Of a DNA stretch of 64,000 nt, positions 26,380 through 39,978 are shown piece by piece. A program made the position numbers and the translations under genes. The stretch's first letter is position 1, and each line of letters opens with the position of its first letter. The notes under the pieces are model-generated. The model made no database searches and was not told the DNA's origin. It saw nothing but the letters and a program-made list of their open reading frames with translations. The stretch is from assembly GCA_003971905.1 (NCBI GenBank), contig RSEE01000013.1:868001-932000 (forward strand), written 5' to 3'. The stretch comes from Moniliella sp. 'wahieum' (Eukaryota).

Positions 26380-26601
26380 GAGACGTTTCCTTCCTTCCCT
26401 CATGCCTCCCAATTTGTATTCACTACAAGTAGTACATTTATCACCGGCACTTTTCATAGCCGATACAACGAAAGATCCCGGAGGCAATGGAGATGGAGCA
26501 AAATGAAGGATCATTCATCATTGATCGTTGGAATGCAAACGTTAAAACACGTGTGTATGTAATGCCTGTTGAAGAGCACAACCTCATCTTCTGTCGAAAA
26601 A

Positions 26602-27805
26602 TCAGCAGAGTTTATTCGGAGCGTTCTGGCACTTGTTCTTGCCCTGGTTGCCACCGTCCAGGTTGACCTCGTTGAACTGGAAGCCCGAGCAGGATCCCTG
26701 GCCACAGACAATGTTGATGGGCACAGCGTCGCCGGTCAACGTGCCTTGGAAGTGGTTGACGTGCACGTCAGTGATTGGTACGCCAGTGTAGGGTGGCACT
26801 GGGCCCACCCTTGTAGTAGTCCTGCTCAATCTGGATGCCGTACTGGCTCACGCCTTGGAGGGTCAGGTGGGTGTAGGTCACGTTGGAAACGGACCCCTGA
26901 GCATCCTGCACCGTCTTGATCCGCATCGCGTTGGCCGAATCGACAATGGTCGAGCGTGCCACATACACGTCCTTGACCACATTGTTGCTCCGACCGCCAA
27001 CACTGCCGATCGAGATACCGTGGCCACCAGAGCAGTACGCGCCTTGGAAGATCACATCGGTTCCACTGTTGATGGCGAGGCAGTCGTCTTGGTTGTACAC
27101 AGTAGGCTGATCACTTTGGTCAGCATCCCACCCTGTCATAAATCTCCGAGTGGGGACAAGATGTGGGCGAAAACAGATATAATACTCACGTTGTAGATGT
27201 GCACACCCGTCGAGGCGCCCACGTCAAAAGCGCGTCGGTTGTGCCCCCCTTGGTGTCGCCATCCTTGCTGTCAATGTGGACGCCGTGACAGTGAGGCCAT
27301 TTACACCATAATGGAGAAGGCCTGGACGGAGTGTTCTTGACGCTCAAGTCGGGAGATGTGGCCATTGTTGACGTTGTGGATAGAGAAGAACTTGGGCTTC
27401 GTCTTACCGTCATCGCCCTTGCCGTCCCACCAGCGCTCGCCTTGGCAGTTGATCAAGGGCCGTTGGCCCCCGTGACGGTGATGCTGTCACCCTGCACTGC
27501 GATCAGAGGACCTTCCCACTCCTTGTACCCGAACGTTGTTTGTCCCGCAAACGTCACGCTCGTCCCGGCGCTCAACTTGGTCAGTCCAGTGTCTGCCCGC
27601 AGGCACGGCCATATCTTGAATGGTGATGGAGCGGCAGTTGGCTTGTCCGTTCAGCTGGCTGAACGAGGTGAAGACACAATTGTTGTCCCGCCGGTCCACG
27701 GCAATGTTCCTCTCGCCAAAGGGACGGGTCTTGGCCGGCCGGCCCACTCATGGCGTTGGCTGCGGCCAGCGCAGCGGCAAGAGAGACCCAAGGAAGAAGA
27801 TGCAT
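26602..27805 (-). CDS. Endopolygalacturonase (GH28), secreted
   Basis: Signal peptide [18 protein letters not shown] and GH28 motifs [29 protein letters not shown] and RIKT. The NTD motif region is frameshifted. Intron ~27105-27190. Confidence 0.9.
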
Positions 27806-27921
27806 ATTGAGAGAGTGTGTGAATGGGAGGCAGTGGGGAGAGGTGGGTGATGGGTAGGGAGGAGGTAGATGAGGGAGCTGAAAAGAGGAGATGCATTCAA
27901 AGCGCTGTTGGCAGGCCAATC

Positions 27922-27928
27922 TTTTATA
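27922..27928 (-). promoter_or_regulatory. TATA box (TATAAAA) of the GH28 gene
   Basis: The plus strand reads CTTTTATAAG, i.e. TATAAAA on the minus strand, ~120 bp upstream of the ATG and ahead of a CT-rich leader. Confidence 0.5.
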
Positions 27929-28967
27929 AGCCCATAGACAGCAAAGGATTGAGGAGAGCCAGTAGCCAATACGCATCGTGACAGTGTGGTGTCCTGTCAA
28001 TGACAATAGGTACTAGTAGCCACTCAAGCATCCTAGTAGAGTTTGCCAAGCTTTGGAGCTCCACGTACTCCACCTACTCCACAGACATAGGTACCCGCCG
28101 TCATGATTATCATAGTATGCATATCACACAACAGGTATGCCCATGTACGCAACAGGCCCTCGGGTTCAGGCTCAACAGGCGCCGCAGTCGGACGTCTTGT
28201 GAGGACAAGGGAAGAGGCAGTAGGGGAGGGAGCAAGAGTGCTTGGACCGACGGTGGGGATGTGACGGAGGAGTGGGTACCTCAGTTGGGCCTGGGCAGAA
28301 TGAATACACGTGCCCGGCGTGTGGAGCCAAATTTGCCAGAACCACCTGTGCGCCCTCCCGCACCGCCCTTGTCCCTGAGCGCCACACACTCGCTCGGCAC
28401 CTCGTGCTCCAACCACACTATTGGCCATTTCACTTTTTGTGGGGTTTATTGCGCCGCTGGTGCGACGCTTCCCGAAGGCTGACGGTGACCGGTGAGTGTG
28501 CAGCCAACGTCAACCGGTAGTCCAATCGGTCGCTGCCTTTAATCCTTGTCAAGCGGATTGCGGGCAAGGCCGATGCTCTCGACGATCCCCGCCTGATGGC
28601 TTCCCTCTACGCCCAGACCAATTCAGGTGGCGGAAGGGGTCTGTGCGCCGTGCCGGCTCAACGTCCGCTCTACTGAACCTGAGCGAGAAGAGCCCTCCTG
28701 AGCCTGCAGGCTCTAATTTGAATCGCTTACCCCAGCAGCGCAGTATTGGGATTTGTCAGCCCATGGTCGGCTTTTGTCCGCGGCTTCTCCGCTGCTTGGT
28801 CTCTTCTCCTGGGGTTTCGCCTCCCGCTTCCCAGCCGTCTCATTTCCGAGCAAGGGTTTGCAAAACCTTGACGCTTGAAGCTTGAAGCTTGACTGGACAT
28901 TGGCCGGGGCATCTCCATCTCTCCTCTCTCTTCCTCCACCTTCCCTCTTTCTCCTGTTTGCGTCAGC

Positions 28968-30826
28968 ATGGGACTCCTTGTGCGACTCGGACAGCAGCGC
29001 GCTCGCTCGCACCTGCGCGTCACGCCGCCGCGTTCTCGTCGTCGGCGCATGTTGCCAATCGCCCTCCCCCTGGCCACCTGAACAAGTACTCCTCCATCAT
29101 CACCGCCCCCAAAGACCAGGGTGCATCTCAGGCCATGCTCTACGCCACCGAGGGCATCGAATCGAAGGACGACCTGTCCCGTGCTATGGTTGGTGTGGCC
29201 AGTGTCTGGTGCGTCTCTTCCTCCCCGATTCTCACCGCAAAGCTGACCCGCAGCCCAGGTACGAGGGCAACCCATGCAACCGCCACCTGTTGGGCGTCGG
29301 CAGCGTGTGAAAAAGTCGATCAATGAGGCCGGTCTTACCGGCTACCAGTTCGGCACGGTCGGTGTCAGTGATGGTATCTCAATGGGAACGTCGGCCATGT
29401 CGTACTCGCTGCCCTCGCGCGACCTAATTGCCGACTCGGTTGAGAGCGCCTGCGGTGGCCATTGGCTCGACGGAGCAGTCGTCATTCCTGGATGTGACAA
29501 AAACATGCCCGGTGTGCTCATGGCCCTGGGCCGCCTCAACCGCCCTGGCATTATGCTGTATGGAGGCACCATCCGTCCTGGCCACTGTGGCGGCGAGACG
29601 TTGGACATTGTCTCGGCCTTCCAGGCCTACGGTTCTTACCTCGCCGAAGGCCAGACAGCCGAAGCGGAAACCAAGCGGGCCAATGTCATTCGTAACTGCT
29701 GCCCTGGCCCTGGTGCATGCGGTGGCATGTACACTGCCAACACGATTGCGTCCTGCGCCGAGGCCTTGGGTATGTCCCTCCCGGGCTCCTCCAGCTTCCC
29801 GCAGAATACCCGGAGAAGCAGGCTGAGTGCGACTCGATGGGTGCGGCGATGCGCAACCTTCTTGAGAAGGACATCAAGCCGCGCGACATTATGGTTAAGA
29901 GTGCATTTGAGGATGCGATTGCCCTCACTATGGTTCTCGGGGCTCGACGAATGTGGTGCTTCACTTGATTGCCATTGCTCGCACGGTAGGCGTTGAACTT
30001 TCCCTGGACGATTTCCAGCGCATTGCGGAGGAGACGCCTTTCCTGGCCGACATGAAGCCAAGTGGCAAGTACGTGATGGAAGACCTGTGGCTGCAGTGCG
30101 GTGGTATGCCGACCATCATGCAATACTTGATTGAGAACAAGTTCATGAAGGGTGAGCACATGACCGTTACGGGCCGCACGTTGGCAGAAAACGTGGACCG
30201 GTGGACGCATGAGCGTGGCAAGCTTCCCGAGTCGCAGAAGCTGCTGCGGCCTAAGGAAAATCCACTCAAGTCGACGGGCCACCTGCGCATTCTCAAGGGC
30301 AACCTGGCCCCTGGTGGTGCTGTGGCCAAGATTACCGGAAAGGAAGGCCTTCACTTTACCGGTAAGGCGCGTGTGTTTGACACGGAGGACGACTTGGTCC
30401 ATGCTGTGGAGCAGAACACAATCAAAAAGGGGGAGAAGACGGTGGTGGTACTGCGGTACAAGGGTCCCAAAGGCGGGCCAGGCATGCCCGAGATGCTCAA
30501 GCCCACGTCGCTCATCATGGGGCTGGCTTGGACAGGATGTGCCTGCTTGACTGACGGTCGCTTCTCGGGCGGCTCGCACGGCTTCGTCATTGGCCACGTG
30601 GTGCCCGAGGCCCAGGTGGGCGGGCCCATTGCTCTGGTGCGCGACGGCGATACGATCAAGATTGATGCCGAGAAGAACACACTTGATTTGGTCGATGTCG
30701 GAGGAAGAGCTGGCCAAGCGCCGCGCCGAGTTTGTCGCTCCGCCGCTCAAACCGACCCAAGGCACGCTACTCAAGTATGCTCGCAACGTTGCCGACGCCA
30801 GCCATGGCTGCGTGACCGACCTTTAA
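28968..30826 (+). CDS. ILV3: Dihydroxy-acid dehydratase
   Basis: [68 protein letters not shown] and [10 protein letters not shown]. Intron ~29209-29258. Confidence 0.95.
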
Positions 30827-31324
30827 GAAATTATTCAGGACTCCTGTCCCTGTCCCCATCTCCAGCATGTTAGGCATCATCGAATGTAGACTCCATCACG
30901 GCCATCGAAGGTTCGTCGAAGGTTGGCCACGTTGACCGAGGCGAGGGCGTAGGACAGAGATGGATGTAGCTCGAAACAGCCTCTGAAAGGCTGGCCATGC
31001 CGCCATCAGCCATCAGCGCATCAGCGCTCTATGCGCCTCAGCCGATGGTGGTTGCACGATGTGAGTAATTGACTAACACGGCGAGTCGGGCGAGTCGGCA
31101 CTGCGCTGGCGCAGAAGGGCCTGATAACTCACACGGCCCCCCTTCCGCTCGTCCCAGGTCCAATGGCCCTAGGAAGTTTGAGATATTAATTAAACCGGCA
31201 GCGAAGCCAAGCTTGGAGCTTTGTCGTGCTTCGACTTGCTCTTTTTCGCGTTCTTGCTTCTGCTTCCAACCACCACATCTTGAATCTCGGAGATTATGCA
31301 GCGCCTCTCCCTCTGGTTCCGTTG

Positions 31325-32638
31325 ATGCCGTCGTCCACGACCCGCCCCCAAGCTTATCATTGAGTACGCCCTCCCTTTCGCCATGCGAGATAAAGCCTAA
31401 CCCCCTCTGCAGCACCGACCCTGGTGTGGACGATGTCCTGGCCATCATCTTTGCCCTGGCATCGCCCGAGGTAGACCTGGCGGCCTTGACCCTTGTCTTT
31501 GGCAATACGACGCTGGACTATGCCCGTTCCAACATCCTCCGTCTGGCCCGTGTTTTGCGCCAACATCTCGCTGAGCACAGCCGGGAAGTGAGCATAGTCT
31601 CCCGTCTGACGTTGCAGCTACACTCCAACATGCCCTTAGCAAAGAACGCGCCCCCATTCCTGTCTACCTCGGTGCCGAGGGCCCGCTGGGCGGGGTACGC
31701 TTCACCGCATCTTATTTGTGCGTGTCTTCTTGTCCTTCCCCTGTGCCATGGTCACTGACACGAGCAATGCAGCCATGGCCGCGATGGCTTATCGGGCGTG
31801 TCTCAGCTCAATGGCAACCCATTCCCTGAGAATCCATCTTCGGGTCCGGAAGCCTGGCCGTTCGTTCCTGTCGAAGGCAAGGATTCGTCGGATGCGATCC
31901 TAGACATTCTCCGGTCCGAGCCTGCAGGCACAGTGCGCATTGCCGCCGTCGGTCCCCTGACCAATTTGGCCTCGGCATGGCGCAAGGACCCGCACACATT
32001 TGCCCGTGTGGGGCTGATCAGCATCATGGGCGGTGCCGTGGACCACCCTGGCAATACGAGCGCTACATCCGAATTCAACTTTTTTGCCGATGCCGTTGCG
32101 GCGCAGGAGCTGCTCGAGATCCCGCGGGACCACCCAGCTTGGGCGGGAAACCGCTCCCACTTCATATTTTGCCCCTCGACATTACCGAACAACACGTCGT
32201 GCCCTATTCCAGCCTCATCGGGACGATGCGGAGAAGCTCAAGACACGAGGGGGCCCTTTCGAAGTTCGTCTCGGCCTTCCTTCAGGGACCTCGGGCCTTC
32301 ACCAACAACCTCGGAGGCGCCAACTTTGATCCCGAAAAGCACGATCAGTTCCAAGCCCATGATCCCCTTGCTGTGGCTCATGCTATCTTTGTGAATCGGG
32401 TGCCTGGGTGGGTTTCGACACCACGCGCGTTTCTGATTGAGACGGAGGGCCGTCTGACCCGGGCATGTGTGTGGTCGATCGCCGGGAAGGCGAGGGCGAG
32501 GGCGAGGACGAAGGCGAGGGAGCAATCCGCGCAGAAGGCGCCGCAGCGGCTGCCCACCCGTTCCCCGTCAACGTTGTGACCGCTTCCCCAGGGATTGATT
32601 GGTTTGCCCAAATCTTTACCGCTCGGCTGGGGATCTGA
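31325..32638 (+). CDS. Inosine/uridine-preferring nucleoside hydrolase
   Basis: KLIID/TDPGVDD (split by intron ~31364-31412), VFGN, HGRDGL, AAVGPLTNLA, MGGAVDHPGNTSATSEFNFFAD, PLDITE and HDPLAV. Confidence 0.88.
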
Positions 32639-33108
32639 TATGCAGGCCGCCATGGGTCCGCCTATCTATTCCACTGCGACCCATGAAGCCGGCAGGTGTA
32701 GGGTAGCAACGTCCGATCCCCTGGACGAGAGAATGACTGCAAACGATGGGTAACCAAGCGACGGTGGGATGCAGCAAGCGTAGCGATCGGGTGATAGATG
32801 TGATGATTAGGGAAGTAGGGCAACGGGATCAAGTTAGGAGAAGTAGCTGTAGTAAGTAGGACTCGCTGCCTGGGTGTGCTCAGAAAAAAAGGCTGCCCAG
32901 TGGGCTCTGCGAAACTTCAAGTTTGAATCCAAGGTACTGATAGTGGCGCATTGGCCATACCTCTCGCGCCGGCCGATCGGCGTCGCTCCTACACAACCCT
33001 CCACCTCAGCCGAGAGAGTTCGTCTGCCGCGCCTCTGCGCCCACAGCCCCCACCCCTGCCGCAGGTGCACGCCTCCCGCTCTGCTCTGCTCTGCCCTCCC
33101 GCCACACC

Positions 33109-35208
33109 ATGGCCGCCCCTCGACCACGCTGGCGCGCCACCGCTTCTGCAGAAGGTGGAGCCCGTGCTGGCCACCATCATTGAGCGCAACAATGCGCTCG
33201 CACGCAACAACCCCGGCCCATTCGGCCCCGAGTCGCTAACATTTGACGACTTTGTCGCCGCCATGGAGCCCTTCAGCTCGTCCGCTACAATGCGCTGACC
33301 CAGGGTCGAGGTATGTGTTCCCGTCTTGTGTGCCCGGAGCTGACATGGGCGGTGTGTCTCCCAGGATGTCTTCAATCGCCGGCGAACGTTCAGCTCCGTT
33401 CGGGAGACTGATTTCATGGCTTCCTTCGATGAAGTCACCGGCCACGCGCCAGGCTTCACAGTAGCCCCCCACCTCGTGCCCCCTCCTGTGGCCAACCCTG
33501 CCAACTATCCTTGTCGGGAAGGGGCGAAATCGTGTGCCCTTGTATTCGCTGCCCTCTTTGGACATAACGTTGGGCTTCACTCGCTTTCCCTTCACGTCCT
33601 TATTCCCCTCCCCCTCCTCCACCTGTGGAATCACCGCCGCCTGCGCATGCTCCCTCACCTGCTCCCGCCGCCCCGGCGCCACAGCAGGACTCGACCTCCA
33701 TCGATCGTAGTCGGGCCAGAAGGACAGTTACTCGGTCCTCTTTGTCCCTCCGGAGCGACGCCAACGTGGGCGGCTGTCGGTGATTCATGAGGCACAGGCG
33801 AGCAGGCGTTGCTTGACCCGTAACCGCTGTCGGACCAGGCACCCACACTGGAACGGTGGAGGAAAACGTGGCCGAGTGTCCTCACTGGAGCGCCTGGCCC
33901 GCTGTGCAGACCACTTTTCGTCCAGTCGGAGCCCGCGTCGGAACTCGCGATTGCCCCGCGCGAGGTGGTGCGAACTTACCAGCTGAGTCTGCTCGATCAG
34001 CTTACTCAGATCTTCCAGGAGGAAGTGGATCTGCAAGGCGGCCCGCCGGTCACTTTCAGCGAGAGGGTGAGTTTGGGCTTGCGCATTGCCGCCCTCCGCC
34101 ATGGCCTGCACACCACCCGTCTTGTCTTGAGCCGGGCTGTCACCCACACTGACGTTTAAGCCAACATCATCCTGGACGGACGGCAGTCTCTCGGTTGGGC
34201 CGGTGCCTCGCTCCCCTCTGTCGACAGGGCCGTTGGATGACCGCCCCACTGGCGTCTTTGCTGAAGGTCCAATGCTGCATGAATGAAAGCCGACTTGCTT
34301 CTGCTAGAGCAGTTCAAAGACCTGAAAGACCGTATCCTGGCTTCACCGACCGGTTAGCGCCGCACGCGATGCGTCGTATGTCCAGGGCCATTCCCAGGCC
34401 CGGATCGCGCCATGCACCACGCCATGGGTGTTGATACGCGCAACCGGTCGCTTCATGTTCGCGGCCATTCGATCGTGTTGGAACTGATCGACTTTACCGG
34501 CCCGACCGGAACCTGCATGATCCGATATCAAGACGATAATCGGATTCCCATGGTGCGGGCCATGCCCTACCTCCGCCGCCAAAACTCCATTCTCGATCCC
34601 GAGGACTTGGGCAGTCCCACCCTCCTTCTCCTTCTGGCCGGAGACGTGAATGCCGAGTCTGAAACCCCCTTTTCCCCGCGCCTACCGGACCTGGTACCCT
34701 TCCCACGCATGTCCATTCCCCTATCCCCCCTCCCCCTGCGACAGCAGACCAAGGCGAGAGTCTTCCCCCGCTCCCGTTCCCGTTGGATCGGCCATCGGCT
34801 TTCTACCCGTACGCACAGGGCGACGGATCCCCCTTCGCTGTCAGCCCACGACCAGGCGCGGCCGCAGCGCTCCCTGTCGATCGTGGTGTGGCCGCGCGCT
34901 TCCTCGCTAGCCGTGCAGCTCTACGACGCTCCTCCTCTCGCCTCTCCCCACGCGAACAGTACCTGCACCATGCTGCCAACGAGTTTGATGCCCATACCGT
35001 CCGACGCCGCGCAGATACCCGCGATCGGTCCCCCGCCCCTCGGGAGGGGAGCGAGAAGGCACCCACCGCCCGTGCCCCGTCCAAGACGAGACGCTACCTC
35101 GGGTCGTGCCGGTCTAGGACGGAGAATCGCGCCGTTGCCACGTCGGGCGCTGTGATCGCAGACCGATTGGAGATGGGATGGAAACCTACCACAGCTGCGT
35201 CATCATGA
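33109..35208 (+). CDS. Hypothetical protein (fragmented by frameshifts)
   Basis: ACCATGG start after a CT-rich leader, protein-like segments (KVEPVLATIIERNNALAR, LTFDDFVAAMEPF, YQLSLLDQLTQIFQEEVDL) and a canonical intron GTATGT..CTGAC..CAG at 33311-33365. The 3' end is uncertain. Confidence 0.45.
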
Positions 35209-35699
35209 ATCATGTTACTCATGTTAATCATGCCATCATGCAACACCTTCAGACGGGGACCAGACGCCACTCTGCCGCAAGACCGAGGGAAGGGTCGATC
35301 CGACAGATCACAACCAAAACTTTTTTCCACTATGACGACGAAGAATTTATTGGCCTCTTATTGTTGTACTTTCTGGGGTGTAGGTTCCATCAATACAGAG
35401 TGGTAATAGGACGCGCAACGCAACTGGCTTACCAACACGGGAATGAGGGGACTTCAAAACTTCAAGGAGCGGCTGGGATCGACGACGGATCCACGAATGG
35501 AACGAACGATGGACAAGAATCGGGCAAAAACGAGAGTGGGGGGGAGGAGAGGTGACGATGGTGGGATACGAGACCGAAAAGAGGGTTGGGGAAGGCAACT
35601 CAGCTGGCATAACGATACCCGGCATCATAATCATAGCATAGAGCTGGTACCACCTTCAAAGCGAAGCCGAGGGAGAGCGGATCACTTGGCCACAGGCCG

Positions 35700-37006
35700 C
35701 GCAAAGACGCTTGTTTGCTAGGTAACTTGAGTGCCTTCCATGCCGATGCACTCAAACTGTGGGTCTGTTCACGTTTGGGCTCAGCAACGAGACGGAAGGG
35801 AGATTCACCAGAGCCTTGGGGCGGCTTGGGTTTGCCCCCCCACTTCCACGCACTGGGCTTGGGAGTCGCCGGGTTAGACGCGGGGCCAGTCGACGAGGCA
35901 GTCGCAGGGACACGTTGTTCCTTGGACGGGCAATCGGAGCGCCAGCTCCCGAAACTTCACTCGGACGAGACCAGCTCTTAGTCCGCATCCTCAGTTTCGA
36001 CAGCATCGTTCCTCCCACCGACGCCTTGTGGTCAGGCTTGGCCATCGAGCTGGCAGGCAGGAACAAGCTTCGGCCCATCGGTTGCGGCAGCGGACGTAAC
36101 TTCATGCAACGATGCAGCCGGGGTAGATTGGACAGGGAAGTCAGGCATGTTGCCCTCGTCAGAAGGGTGAGAAGAGTGAGAAGAGGGAATGTGGTCCAGA
36201 GAGGGCGCGTCCCAGCTCTCTTCGAGAGAGGTATGGGTAGCCGGGGTGTTCTCGCATCCTCAGGCCGGGGGGAAGAGGGGGCAGAGACGGCCGATAAGCT
36301 AGAGCGGGTGGCAAAGGCCGTTGCTGCTGCTGGGGCGCGCATAGACACAGGGGACGGAGGAAAGTTTCCAGTGGGGGGCACGGGCGAGGGCGGTACGGAG
36401 GGCCAGGTGAAGGTGTGCATCCAGCAATGGCGTTGAGGGTTGGGACGCAAAGGGAGATCCAGGTAGCGGAAGCACAGAGTAAGGTGTCGTTTCCAGTCCT
36501 ATCATGAGCTCCGCAGGCACATCGATCAGTTCCATCCGACCTATTGTGGAGGATCGAAGGGGGCGGGGAAGGGTGGGCGTGCTGAGCATGCCATGAGCAC
36601 TGGCGTACGGTCGCCGCGACTGCTCGGATCAGGGTCAGTATCCATCCATTGGCCAGAGACAGCCCAAGGGAAGGTGGTACATACGTCGGCCAGGTTGCCT
36701 GTGCTTGTACTTGCCAGATGGGAGCGATAGGTCCAGGGCCGAAGAGACAAGTCGGTGGGGGCACGCAGGTCAACAGACGCTCCCAGCAGGTTAGGAGCGG
36801 GTGAGAAGCTATCCATCGGGAGGGAAGCGGACAACTCGGCACGAATTAGCGACAGCTCTCGCGTGTCCTTCCACCTTCTCCGCCGGGGCTGGGAGGGCGG
36901 TTTGTTGTTTGCTGCTGCTGCGTCTGCTGCTGTTGTTGTTGCTCTGCTGCTGCTTCTGACGATGGTGGTGTTTGTTGATGCTTCTGGGGTGCTGCTGGGG
37001 CCTGTG

Positions 37007-37042
<36 letters not shown>

Positions 37043-37512
37043 GTCTGCTTCGGCTGCTGGTGCGCCTGTTGCTGCTGTTGTTGTTGCTGTTGTTGTTGTT
37101 GCTGCTGCTGTTGCTGCTGCTTCTGGCGATGCTGGTGCTGTCGCTGTTGCTGTTGCTGTTGCTGGTGCGTCTGTTGCTGCTGCACGGCTGGTGCAGGAGG
37201 AGCGTGTGGAGGCACAGCAGCAGGGTTAAGGACGCCTTCCAGCCAAGGGGAACTTGGATGTCACGCCTGAGCGAGGAGGGGCGGCACTATGTGTTTCAAT
37301 GGACGAACGTCTGGACCTGGGCTTGACGGAGCGAGAGGCAGCGGAGCCTGCGGCGGCCAAGAAACGACTGAGGCTGCGCGCACTGGGCGACTGGGAGAGG
37401 GAGGGACGGGGAGGCGGGGCGGGGCGGGAGCTGTGGATGGGGCTGGGGCTGGGGATGGGGATGGGGACGCAGGTGGGGGAGGCGTAGGCGCAGGCGCCAA
37501 AGACGAAGGCAT
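35700..37512 (-). CDS. Pro/Ser-rich, polyglutamine-containing hypothetical protein
   Basis: ORFs 37261-37512, 36541-37215 and 36299-36589 chain on the minus strand and include a long CAG/CAA tract. No recognised domain; the end is approximate. Confidence 0.5.
37009..37183 (-). repeat. CAG/CAA trinucleotide tract (polyQ)
   Basis: Interrupted (CTG/TTG)n on the plus strand. Confidence 0.9.
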
Positions 37513-39614
37513 GGTGGCGGGGCCAGCACAGGGCAGGTGGACCCAATGGGAGGACGTGGCGGGTGGGAAGCAAAGGCCGGGGGGTTCTGGATGGTGGACA
37601 CCAAAGTATACCGAAGCTTGAAGCTTGAAGCTTGAAGCTTCGAGGGTGCTTATGCATTATGGCCGACGTCAGTACGTCCGTACTCAGTCCCGTATTCAAT
37701 GCGTCAACCGCAAGAGTGAGCCTGCATATTGATATTGATTCCAGCGCCTGAAACAGCGGCAGTGCCTAGTGCCTAGTGCTTGGTGCCTGCGCCTGGCTGG
37801 CGCCGTGCCGTGCGGGAGCGGAGCTGCGTGTTGCTTGGCCTGAAGCATAACCAGTGATCGATGATCGCCAGTAGGAAGTGCCATGGGCCCACCAGTGCAC
37901 CCGCGGAGTGCTGGCCTCCGTGCAGCAGCACGTGGGCAGTGCTCCAGTACCGGCCGATCACCGATCCAATGATCAAAGGGATTGGCAGTGCTGCGTCGGT
38001 GCCGCGTGGCGCGTGACTGGGCGGTGGCACAGGTGATGTGTGACGGCGTCGAGTGACTGACTAGCTGACCAGACTAGACTGGTGATCAACTCGTGATCGA
38101 AGTGATCTGCGAGGGATCGGCGCCCTCGTCTGAGTGCTCGCCTGCGCCCGCTCCCACAGTTGGGCGCTGGAAGCTGCGAGTTCAGCCGAGGCCGCAACGC
38201 AACCAGCCGCCACAGGGCTTGGCACACGGCAGGCTGCTCCATACATACTGCCCTCCCGGTCCCATCGATCGACTGGCGAGCCATGCACATCCATCCTCTG
38301 CCCTCGCGGGCCTTGGGCCTTGGGCCCCGCTATCAGGGACTGGGCCTCAGTCGCCACCAACTTGACGAACCGAACGAACACAGCAGACCGGAGGCTCAGG
38401 CCCTGATCGGCCTGATCCCCGCCTCGCAGACCTCTGCTGTGACCAAAAACAAGTGTCGGCTAAGGCTCGGATGCGATATCTGAGATCGGTCAGATCCATG
38501 CCGATGAGCGCGGCACACTGAGTTAGCTGGTACTGACCTACGCGCTCATCGAATGCATCATGAGCATGAGCTCTCGGATCTCGGGCTGGCATCAAATTGA
38601 TCTCGATCAGAGCTGAACAACATAGGCTCGCGTCAAGCAATCAGGCACTTGCCCAGTCTAGTCAACCAACATCCGACCGGGTGTAGCCTGGTTTAACGTT
38701 TAATGTTTACCAGTTACCGGTATGCCGGCGCTTTCCTGCGCCCTCCCACCACGGCACCTCCTCTCCCCGCATATGGAACAGCCGCCGCGAGCACAACCCC
38801 TAGCGCAATCATTGTTAATCACGCGTCACGCGTCACATGGGACCGTCACCTGTCACGCATGTCACATGTCACACGGTATCCCATCGACAGAAGCGTCTTT
38901 CAACACCAGGTGCCTGTTGCAAACGCAGCATCTTTTCCTACTCGCCCTCGGCGTGTCAGCTGACCCAGGCTTAATCCTTGCCCGGCCCTCCGCCTCGGTT
39001 TCGCTCGGATGATTGGCTTGGGCCCATGCCAGTGCCCAGCCAGGACGGCGGAGGCCGACAACTTGTAACCCATTCACATGGTTCGCACCCTCGCAGCCGT
39101 GTGATGCAGATGCACCTGAGCTTGCTGACTCTGAGATCATCATCATCATGCATGCATCTCATCCCCGACCATCGAACAGAGTTGATTAATTCAACGTTCA
39201 ATATTCAATGCGTTACAAGTTTTTTACGTGTTACGCGTTAATCGAATCGTTAACGTACTCTTCGACGTTCACCACGTTCACCGAACGTTCAACGTGTTCA
39301 ACACGTCCGATAATCGATTAACGCGGAAGACTGCAGACCCTCTACCAAATGCAATGCCATAATGTTGAACCGCCGGTAACCGGCAACCGGTAACCGGTAA
39401 CCCCCAACTTCTTCAACAAAAGCCATAGAACCCCTTTGCGCTGGTGGCATGCACATATGGCACGCCCTGGCACGTCCAGCTCCTCCGCTTCTCGCTGCAA
39501 TAGTCCTCTCTAAGATCGGACAAGGATTGATTCTTGCATGTCTCTCTTATGAACTCTTGGGGCGTCGATTGTATATGGCCTGGGCGCGACTGTGCGTAAA
39601 ACACACGAGGAGGA

Positions 39615-39978
39615 TTGAACAAGCAGAATGCGACAAGAACGCCAAGTACCAGGGACGCACTCAAGAGCCGTTTTTCCCCCTGGTTTGACGACGCGAGGAT
39701 ACTACGGCACCAGACGGCGGGCAAGTTGTTTGCGCATTGGAAGGAGTTGGCTACTAAGTCTCAGTGGAAATGGTTCCTCGCTCGGATGTCAACCACGTTC
39801 CTCCGTGTCCACACGCGCTTCCTAGGGTACGGGACCGGATGGCGTGAGCCGGAGGGTCCTGATATCCTGGCGATCCCCTGGTCCCTTGACCCTGGTGGCG
39901 CCCCAAGTAACCCCGCAAGATGAACGGTTCGGTTTAGACGTAGCGTTCCCCCTGTCCCAGCCTTAAGCTCTGTCAATG
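39615..39978 (+). mobile_element. 3' fragment of a non-LTR retrotransposon (CRE/RLE-type), copy 1
   Basis: Near-identical to 50965-51332 and to the rc of 63385-63675, all sharing the 3' end CTCTGTCAATG. Encodes AECDKNAKYQ..PFFPLV. Confidence 0.7.

Noticed and set aside
26377..32640. Cryptic peroxisomal targeting by stop-codon readthrough
   Set aside because: The stops inspected (DLD2, ILV3, nucleoside hydrolase) lack the TGA-CTA readthrough context.
36755..37326. Poly-Cys, poly-Leu and poly-Ala ORFs on the plus strand
   Set aside because: Antisense readings of the polyQ tract.
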